Origin: Pseudomonadota bacterium
Lineage (GTDB): Bacteria; Pseudomonadota; Gammaproteobacteria; Burkholderiales; Burkholderiaceae_C
Direction: 5' to 3'
Assembly: GCA_021798395.1 (NCBI GenBank)
Contig: JAJZHS010000001.1
Location: forward strand, 1-32,021
DNA: 32,021 nucleotides
The translations under genes were made by a program, and so were the position numbers. The notes below the pieces were generated by a model. It saw only the letters and a program-made list of their open reading frames with translations. It was not told the DNA's origin and made no database searches. Positions 26,265-32,021 of this stretch are shown piece by piece (the first letter of the stretch is position 1; every line of letters starts with the position of its first letter).

Positions 26265-27635
26265 CTACGACGCGTCCTGTGGCGGCGCGTCGGAGCCGGC
26301 GCGCGCGTGCAGCGCGCGGATCGTCGCGGCGTCTGCGCGCACGCGAAACACCGCGCCCGCATCGTCCGCGCTCTCGTCGAGGACCTCGCAATTCGCGTAG
26401 ATCTCGCGGCGCAGCTGCTGCGCGGACCACGGCAGGCGCAGCGCGACCTCGACGAGGTCCTTCTGGAAGAACGCCACGATGACACCGCGCAATGCCGCGA
26501 CGTCGTCGGGGCGGCGCGCGCTCATCACGATGCAGGACGGGTAGGTCGCGCGCAGTTCGCGCTCGAGCGCCTGCTGCGCCTGCGCGTCGCCGACCTGGTC
26601 GATCTTGTTGAACACGCGGATGCGCGGCACGTCCTGCGCGCCGATTTCGGCCAGCACGTCGTCGGTGACCTGGCGCTGGCGATCGAAACCGGGGTCGCTG
26701 GCGTCGATCACGTGCAGCAGCAGCGATGCGTCCAGCGCCTCGTCAAGCGTCGACTTGAACGACTCGACCAGGCCGTGGGGAAGGTTCTTGATGAACCCCA
26801 CCGTGTCGCTGACCAGAACCCGCGGAACGCTCTCGGGGTGAAGCACGCGCACGGTGGTGTCCAGGGTCGCGAACAGCTTGTTGGCCACCAGCACCTCGCT
26901 GCCGGTGAGCGCGCGCATCAACGTGGACTTTCCGGCATTCGTGTACCCGACCAGCGCCACCGACGCGATGCCCTGCCCCTGCTGGCGACGCGCGCGCTGG
27001 GTCTGGCGCTCGGCGCCCATCGCATCGATGTCCGCCTGCAGCTCGGCGATGCGGTCGCGGATCTTGCGCCGATCGAGTTCGGTGTGCGACTCGCCGGCAC
27101 CGCGGCCGCCGACGCCGCTGCGCTGCCGGCCCTGCGGTCCGGCCAGCTTGGCCGCCTCGCGAAGACGCGGCGCCATATACCCCAGGCGCGCGATCTCGAC
27201 CTGCGCCCGGGCGGCGCGGGAGCGCGCGTGGCGATGGAAGATCTCGAGGATGACCATGGTGCGGTCCATCACCGCACAGCCGACGGCCTTCTCGAGGTTG
27301 CGCGCCTGCGAAGGCGAGATCTCGTGGTCGATCAGCAGCGCCTGGATACCTTCGAGCTCGGGGTTGGTCGCGTGCCCCGGCCGTGCGTCGTGCCCGGCGC
27401 CGGACTGGCTTTCGACATACGCGCGCACCTCATCGCGCTTGCCGGCGCCGAGATACGCGGTGGTGTCGAAGTTGGCGCGCTTCTGCGTGAACGTCTGCAC
27501 GACCCGGTAGCCCAGGGTCTTGGCCAGCTCCCGCAACTCCGCGAGCGAGGATTCGAAGTCCGCGTCGCTCACGTCAGGCAGTTGCACCGCGGCAACGACG
27601 GCGTCGAGCGGTTTGTCCTGCGGGTCTGGCTGCAT
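26265..27635 (-). CDS. hflX: Ribosome-splitting GTPase HflX
   Basis: MDRTMVILEIF, GGRGAGES, GYTNAGKS, LFATLDTT, DTVGFI, FKSTLDE and NKID; likely start is ATG 27635. Confidence 0.94.
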   Translation of the reverse strand: MQPDPQDKPLDAVVAAVQLPDVSDADFESSLAELRELAKTLGYRVVQTFTQKRANFDTTAYLGAGKRDEVRAYVESQSGAGHDARPGHATNPELEGIQALLIDHEISPSQARNLEKAVGCAVMDRTMVILEIFHRHARSRAARAQVEIARLGYMAPRLREAAKLAGPQGRQRSGVGGRGAGESHTELDRRKIRDRIAELQADIDAMGAERQTQRARRQQGQGIASVALVGYTNAGKSTLMRALTGSEVLVANKLFATLDTTVRVLHPESVPRVLVSDTVGFIKNLPHGLVESFKSTLDEALDASLLLHVIDASDPGFDRQRQVTDDVLAEIGAQDVPRIRVFNKIDQVGDAQAQQALERELRATYPSCIVMSARRPDDVAALRGVIVAFFQKDLVEVALRLPWSAQQLRREIYANCEVLDESADDAGAVFRVRADAATIRALHARAGSDAPPQDAS

Positions 27636-27807
27636 GGGGTCCTGGCGTGGCGAAGGTGGAGCCGTATCGTACGCGCTCGGGCGCGCGGCGGCGCTTTCCC
27701 GCTGGAACCGCAAGACGTGCGCGTCCGCGCCGGGAGGCACAAGCAAGATGGCCCCTCGCCGACACCATGAAGCTTCGCTCCCAACGACTGCGGAAGGTCG
27801 CCACCAA

Positions 27808-27829
27808 CCTAGCTAGGCTAGACTAGAAT
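27808..27829 (+). promoter_or_regulatory. Operator and -10 box of the phd-vapC module
   Basis: CCTAGCTAGG palindrome and four CTAG tetramers overlapping TAGAAT (27824-27829). Confidence 0.5.
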
Positions 27830-27860
27830 GGAGCCAGATCTGTGATTGCCAGGAAACACC

Positions 27861-28109
27861 ATGCGCACCGTGAACATGTTTGATGCCAAGTCCTCGCTTT
27901 CACGCCTGGTCGACGCCATCGAACAAGGACGTGAACGGGAGATCGTGATCGCGCGCAACGGACGACCTGCAGCGAAGCTCGTCGCGGTGGGCGAGCCAGC
28001 GCCGGGCAACCGCCTCGGCGTTGCCAAGGGGCGCTTCGAAGTGCCCGAGGACATCGACGGTCACAACGCCGAGGTGGCTCGACTGTTCGGCCTGGCGTCA
28101 GCGCCATGA
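27861..28109 (+). CDS. Phd/YefM-family antitoxin
   Basis: TVNMFDAKSSLSRLV...EIVIARNGRPAAKLV...RLGVAKGRF; AGGA RBS. Confidence 0.92.
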   Translation: MRTVNMFDAKSSLSRLVDAIEQGREREIVIARNGRPAAKLVAVGEPAPGNRLGVAKGRFEVPEDIDGHNAEVARLFGLASAP

Positions 28110-28492
28110 ACCTGCTGCTGGATACCCACGTGGCGCTGTGGGCCATCACCGACAGTCCCAGGCTCACGGTTCGCGCGCGCCAGCTGATCGCTTCGCCGCG
28201 CTCGTCCATCTGGATCAGCGCGGCGACGATCTGGGAGATCACGATCAAGCACGGACTTCATTGCGGCGACATGCCGGTTTCCGGCCAGGACGCCCTCCGC
28301 TACTTCCGCGAGTCGGGCTATCGGCTGCTCGCCATCGAGCCCGAGCATGCCGCGGCGATCGCGGATCTCGCGCCGCACCACCAGGACCCCTTCGATCGCA
28401 TGCTGGTCGCGCAGGCACTGACCGAGCCGATGCGACTGGTCACGCACGATGCCGTCGTGGCTCGCTACAGCGACTCGATCATCGCCGTGTGA
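28106..28492 (+). CDS. vapC: PIN-domain toxin
   Basis: LLLDTH, SAATIWEI, HQDPFDRMLVAQA and LVTHD; ATGA overlap with the antitoxin. Confidence 0.93.
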   Translation: MNLLLDTHVALWAITDSPRLTVRARQLIASPRSSIWISAATIWEITIKHGLHCGDMPVSGQDALRYFRESGYRLLAIEPEHAAAIADLAPHHQDPFDRMLVAQALTEPMRLVTHDAVVARYSDSIIAV

Positions 28493-28630
28493 CGGCAGGC
28501 GGCTCGCCCGCGCGACGGGCGGAAAACCTGGCCCTGAAGGACTGGCTCAAGTCCCATACGCCGGCGTGAATCGCCCGGCCTGCACCACTCCGCCCATGTC
28601 CCATCCGCCCAGCCGGGCAAGTAATTTCAT

Positions 28631-28656
28631 TGCAATCATCGATTACGATGACAGCA
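28631..28656. promoter_or_regulatory. FitA-type operator
   Basis: TGCAATCA-N10-TGACAGCA, similar to the TGCTATCA/TGATAGCA half-sites of the Neisseria FitAB operator. Confidence 0.6.
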
Positions 28657-28679
28657 TTGCCAACAAACCGGAGAGCGGG

Positions 28680-28937
28680 ATGGCCAGCATCACGATTCGC
28701 AATCTGGACGATGACACCAAACACAGGCTGAGAGTTCGCGCAGCGATGCACGGCCGCTCGATGGAAGAGGAGGCGCGAGAAATCCTCCGGCGCGTCATGA
28801 ACGAAAGCGCGCCACCACGCGACCTTGCCGCGGCGATTCGATCTCGCCTGACGCCGGCAGCCCGCGCGGACGTCCAACTGCCCGCGCGCGAGCCGATGCG
28901 CGAGCCGCCGGCGTTCGACCAAAGAAGCGAGCCATGA
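28680..28937 (+). CDS. FitA-like ribbon-helix-helix antitoxin
   Basis: MASITIRNLDD...LRVRAAMHGRSMEEEAREIL. Confidence 0.92.
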   Translation: MASITIRNLDDDTKHRLRVRAAMHGRSMEEEAREILRRVMNESAPPRDLAAAIRSRLTPAARADVQLPAREPMREPPAFDQRSEP

Positions 28938-29365
28938 TCGTCCTCGACGCCAACGTCCTCTCCGAGCTGCTGCGCCCAAATCCCGCCAGACAGGTGGAAA
29001 CCTGGCTGTCCGCGCAGGACGGATCGGAGATCTATTTCACAGCGGTGGGCGAAGCCGAACTGCGACACGGTGTGGCGATCATGCCGGCAGGCAAACGCCA
29101 AGCCGAGCTTTCCAGCGCCATCGAAGGCTTGCTTGGCGAGGACTTTCGGGAACGAATTCTTCCCTTCGACCGCGCCGCGGCCCGAGCCTACGCCACCATC
29201 GCTGCCGAGCGCCGCGCCGCGGGCCGGCCCATCAGCCAATTCGATTGCCAGATCTGCGCAATCGCCCTCGCCAACGAGGCCGTGGTCGCGACGCGAAATA
29301 CGGCCGACTTCGAAGGCTGCGGAGTCGTGGTGATCGATCCGTGGAGCACCCGCACATCTTCTTGA
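28934..29365 (+). CDS. vapC: FitB/VapC PIN toxin
   Basis: MIVLDANVLSEL, AELRHG, DCQICAIA, ATRNTADF and IDPW. Confidence 0.93.
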   Translation: MIVLDANVLSELLRPNPARQVETWLSAQDGSEIYFTAVGEAELRHGVAIMPAGKRQAELSSAIEGLLGEDFRERILPFDRAAARAYATIAAERRAAGRPISQFDCQICAIALANEAVVATRNTADFEGCGVVVIDPWSTRTSS

Positions 29366-29438
29366 GCCGAAGGAGGCGGTTCGCGCTTCCCGCGCACGCT
29401 GCGTCGCGCTACGAGAACACCCTGACTGCTGAGATGAT

Positions 29439-29747
29439 TCACGCGGCCGCTGCGTGAAAGACCCGGATGCGCGGCTCGATGGTCGCCTTGGTTTCGCGCA
29501 CGGCCATCCGGATGTCGTACTCGCTCTGCAAGTTCAACCAGAAGCGAGGCTCCATGCTGAAGAACAGGCCCAGGCGCAGCGCCGTGTCGGCCGTGATCGG
29601 ACGAGCGCCGTTCACCAGCTCACTGATGCGACTGGGCGACACGTCGATGTCGGCGGCGAGCTGGCGGGCGCTGATTCCCATGGGATTCATGAAGTCCTCC
29701 AGCAGAACCTCCCCAGGGTGGATTTCGTCAAGCACTTTGTTCATCAT
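29439..29747 (-). CDS. higA: HigA-family HTH antitoxin
   Basis: IHPGEVLLEDF, LAADIDVSPSRISELVNG, ITADTALRL and FWLNLQSEYD. Confidence 0.93.
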   Translation of the reverse strand: MMNKVLDEIHPGEVLLEDFMNPMGISARQLAADIDVSPSRISELVNGARPITADTALRLGLFFSMEPRFWLNLQSEYDIRMAVRETKATIEPRIRVFHAAAA

Positions 29748-29878
29748 TCATTCCCAGTGATCGTCCACGATTTCGACATCGTGGGCTCCGTCGATCTTCC
29801 AGACAAAGCACACCCGCCACTTGGTCGTTGACTGTTGAAGAGCGCCTCGGTGTCCGAACACGCGAACGAATGGATCAT
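29748..29878 (-). pseudogene. higB: higB toxin pseudogene (internal deletion plus frameshift)
   Basis: N-terminus MIHSFACSDTEALFNSQR joined out of frame to the C-terminus VNDQ/WRVCFVWKIDGAHDVEIVD; only 131 bp remain. Confidence 0.85.
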
Positions 29879-29883
29879 ATGGC

Positions 29884-29912
29884 ATGATGTTCCGCATCAC
29901 GGAATCTGTCAC
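29884..29912 (-). promoter_or_regulatory. higBA promoter with palindromic operator
   Basis: GTGACA-N17-CATCAT with TTCCG-N5-CGGAA in the spacer; the higB ATG lies 5 nt after the -10 box. Confidence 0.55.
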
Positions 29913-30181
29913 GCAGAATCAAATGACCTTGAAGACGACGCGCCCTTGCTTCACCGGATCGCCCGCACCTCACGCCTTGGCTTCGGAGCGCATCGTCAAC
30001 CCCAGCCCTGTGTGGATGCGACAGATCATCAATGATCCCCCGGGAAACCCGGCCCACACCCGCGTCAGCCTGGACGCGCCGCCGCGCAGCATTGCCGAAA
30101 TGAACCTCAAGGTCGAGGACATTGTGAACTGCCTGATCATGCACACGATCGGAGCCCCATCGCAGCACGCGAAACGGAGAC

Positions 30182-30213
30182 AAAAAGCCCCCAGGCTTGT
30201 GACCTGAGTGCTT
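30182..30213 (-). terminator. Terminator-like hairpin next to repeat copy 1
   Basis: Minus strand AAGCaCTCAGG-loop-CCTGGGgGCTT followed by TTT. Confidence 0.5.
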
Positions 30214-30220
30214 CTGATCG

Positions 30221-30260
30221 TGGCTCGCCGACCAGGGCGTATCTGGGCACTGGGCCGTCG
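30221..30260. repeat. 40-bp direct repeat, copy 1 (att-like)
   Basis: TGGCTCGCCGACCAGGGCGTATCTGGGCACTGGGCCGTCG, 36/40 identical to 31548-31587. Confidence 0.85.
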
Positions 30261-30322
30261 TGTTCCCGTGCTCGCCGAGTGGCCGTCATGTCGATAATTC
30301 ACCAGAATGACGACATGTTGTC

Positions 30323-30351
30323 TTGACGTGTCGTCGCCTGCGACATAAGCT
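30323..30351 (+). promoter_or_regulatory. fic promoter with palindromic operator
   Basis: TTGACG-N17-TAAGCT; the spacer is TGTCG-N7-CGACA. Confidence 0.7.
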
Positions 30352-30357
30352 CAAGTC

Positions 30358-31503
30358 GTGTCGATGAATTCCGCTTTTTGCATCATGACGACCTCCATCT
30401 CCTCGTGGCGAGCCGACCTTCCCCACAACCAGCTGGCGCCACTACCGCCGGCTGCTGAACTGGAAAGCCGTGCCGTGCTCAAGCTCTGCATCGAGGCCCG
30501 CGCCGCCCTTGCGGAGTTGAAGCAGGCCGCCGAGCTCATCCCGAACCAGACGATGCTCATCAATACCCTCCCGATACTGGAAGCCAAGGACAGTTCGGAG
30601 ATCGAGAACATCGTCACCACCACCGACAGGCTGTTCCAATACGCGCACGGCCCCCAAAACGCCGACCCTGCGACCAAAGAAGCCTTGCGCTACCGCACCG
30701 CCCTGCATTCCGGCTTCAAGTCGCTGGCACATCGCCCGCTGTGCACGGCCACTGCGGTGGAGGTCTGCCGCACGCTCAAGGGTACGGAGATGGATATCCG
30801 CCGCACCCCTGGCACGCAACTCGTCAACGACCGCACCAGTGCGGTGATCTACACCCCGCCCGAAGGCGAGGCGCGCCTGCGCGACATGCTCGGCAACTGG
30901 GAGCGCTTCCTGCACGAGCAGGCCGACCTGGATCCCTTGGTCCGCATGGCCGTGGCCCACTACCAGTTCGAGGCCATTCACCCATTCACGGACGGCAATG
31001 GCCGCACTGGGCGCGTCATCAACATCCTCTACCTGATCGAACAGAACCTGTTGAACCTGCCCATCCTGTACCTCAGCCGCCACATCATCGCGCACAGGGC
31101 CGCGTACTACGACTTGCTGCTTGGCGTCACCCGCGACCAGGCGTGGGGCCCCTGGATACAGTTCATGCTCGATGCCGTGATCGAGACGTCCCGGTGGACG
31201 ACTCGCAAGATCGCTGCCATCCGGACGCTTGCCGAGCACACCAAAGATCATGTGCGCGCGCGGCTGCCGAAAATCTATACCCGCGAACTCGTTGACGTGA
31301 TCTTCGAGCAGCCCTATTGCCGCATTGGCAACCTCGTCGACAAGGGCATCGCGAAGCGACAGGCGGCGTCTCGCTACCTGCATGATCTCGCCGACCATGG
31401 GGTGCTGCGCGAGGTGCCGCTTGGCAAGGAACGCCTTTTCATACATCCGAAGCTGATTCGGCTGCTCAGCACGGACGATGAACCGTTTCAACCCTACACG
31501 TGA
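30358..31503 (+). CDS. fic: Class II Fic adenylyltransferase (SoFic-like) with C-terminal winged HTH
   Basis: [12 protein letters not shown] catalytic motif and N-terminal inhibitory SSEIEN; start at GTG 30358 or ATG 30385. Confidence 0.93.
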   Translation: MSMNSAFCIMTTSISSWRADLPHNQLAPLPPAAELESRAVLKLCIEARAALAELKQAAELIPNQTMLINTLPILEAKDSSEIENIVTTTDRLFQYAHGPQNADPATKEALRYRTALHSGFKSLAHRPLCTATAVEVCRTLKGTEMDIRRTPGTQLVNDRTSAVIYTPPEGEARLRDMLGNWERFLHEQADLDPLVRMAVAHYQFEAIHPFTDGNGRTGRVINILYLIEQNLLNLPILYLSRHIIAHRAAYYDLLLGVTRDQAWGPWIQFMLDAVIETSRWTTRKIAAIRTLAEHTKDHVRARLPKIYTRELVDVIFEQPYCRIGNLVDKGIAKRQAASRYLHDLADHGVLREVPLGKERLFIHPKLIRLLSTDDEPFQPYT

Positions 31504-31510
31504 CCCCATG

Positions 31511-31541
31511 AAAACGGCCCCTGCATCGCTGCAAGGGCCGT
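31511..31541 (-). terminator. Terminator hairpin next to repeat copy 2 (may also end fic transcription)
   Basis: Minus strand ACGGCCCTTGCA-GCGA-TGCAGGGGCCGT-TTT, with a GNRA tetraloop. Confidence 0.65.
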
Positions 31542-31547
31542 CGTATC

Positions 31548-31587
31548 TGGCTCGCCAACCAGGGCGAATCTGGGCACTGGAGCGTCG
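31548..31587. repeat. 40-bp direct repeat, copy 2 (att-like)
   Basis: TGGCTCGCCAACCAGGGCGAATCTGGGCACTGGAGCGTCG. Confidence 0.85.
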
Positions 31588-31654
31588 CGACGGCCGTGTG
31601 AGCTGATGCCGCGACGGCGGAGGCCCGAACATTTATTTTGTACCGACGTTTTGA

Positions 31655-31688
31655 TTGACGTCGCCTCAAACCGTGCATACACTTTGAG
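31655..31688 (+). promoter_or_regulatory. brnTA promoter and operator
   Basis: TTGACG-N17-TACACT; inverted repeat CTCAAA-N12-TTTGAG over the -10 box; GTG 7 nt downstream of the -10. Confidence 0.7.
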
Positions 31689-31690
31689 CC

Positions 31691-31966
31691 GTGGACATCA
31701 CGTTCGATCCCGCCAAGAATGCCCGCAACGTCGAGGAGCGCGGGCTATCGTTCGAGCGTGTGGCTGAGTTCGATTTCGAATCGGCCATCTTCGTGGAGGA
31801 CACCCGCCGCGACTATGGCGAGCGGAGGTGGCGAGCCCTTGGGCTGGTCGGTGGCCGTGTCCACGCGCTGGTGTTCGTGGAAGCCGAGAGCGGGGTCCGC
31901 GTCATCAGCTTTCGCAAGGCCAATGAACGCGAGGTCAAGAGCTATGAGCAAGAAGCCAAGCCCTGA
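31691..31966 (+). CDS. brnT: BrnT-family toxin
   Basis: ITFDPAKNARN..RGLSF, DTRRDYGERRW and VRVISFRKANERE. Confidence 0.93.
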   Translation: MDITFDPAKNARNVEERGLSFERVAEFDFESAIFVEDTRRDYGERRWRALGLVGGRVHALVFVEAESGVRVISFRKANEREVKSYEQEAKP

Positions 31967-32021
31967 GAAGGTGGACAAGGACAACCCCGAGTGGACCGCG
32001 GAGGACTTCACGCGGGCCGTG
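31944..32021 (+). CDS. brnA: BrnA-family antitoxin, N-terminal part (runs off the window)
   Basis: MSKKPSPEKVDKDNPEWTAEDFTRAV, overlapping the brnT 3' end. Confidence 0.85.
   Translation, partial: MSKKPSPEKVDKDNPEWTAEDFTRAV

Noticed and set aside
28500-28570. Coding-like fragment AENLALKDWLKSHTPA* between TA modules
   Set aside because: Too short to assign; possibly a relic of a deleted gene.
29884-30207. 107-aa ORF between higB and the first repeat
   Set aside because: It overlaps the higBA promoter and a terminator and has no recognisable motif; probably a gene remnant or non-coding.
30221-30260. Calling the repeats tRNA genes
   Set aside because: Only about 18 nt resemble an acceptor/T-stem end; there is no T-loop GTTCRA, anticodon arm or D arm.
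27800-32021. Integron cassette array or CRISPR explanation for the TA cluster and repeats
   Set aside because: No attC RYYYAAC...GTTRRRY pairs or intI seen; only two repeat copies 1.3 kb apart and no cas genes.

Overview
GC-rich betaproteobacterial (Burkholderiales-like) chromosomal window in four parts. (1) Core metabolism, 1-9.3 kb: the 5' part of glnA with a sigma54 promoter and two NtrC boxes, a CinA-like gene, an omega-amino-acid aminotransferase, a DUF1269-like protein, a thiolase, a DUF3563-like small-protein pair, a thioesterase, a secreted DUF11-like protein and an SCO protein. (2) 9.3-11.3 kb: an Nramp-related Mg2+-type transporter (DAGG/GTT motifs) with a downstream small membrane protein, behind a long structured leader with two uORFs and mutually exclusive pairings. 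(3) 11.3-26.1 kb: a chemosensory block (MCP-cheY-STAS-cheA-MCP-cheW-cheR-cheD-cheB-cytochrome c), H-NS, a haem-c/GGDEF/EAL protein and a further MCP. CheA carries an MshEN-like c-di-GMP-binding motif, and both AT-rich intergenic regions share a 19-bp motif. (4) 26.2-32 kb: a stand-alone hflX, then a dense toxin-antitoxin cluster (Phd-VapC, FitAB-like, internally deleted higB plus higA, Fic, BrnTA) with two 40-bp tRNA-3'-end-like direct repeats, each followed by a terminator. The best novelty candidates are the transporter leader switch, the haem/c-di-GMP-coupled chemosensory module and a putative FNR-driven sRNA at about 3.9-4.1 kb. All calls come from reading motifs by eye; no database searches or folding programs were run.
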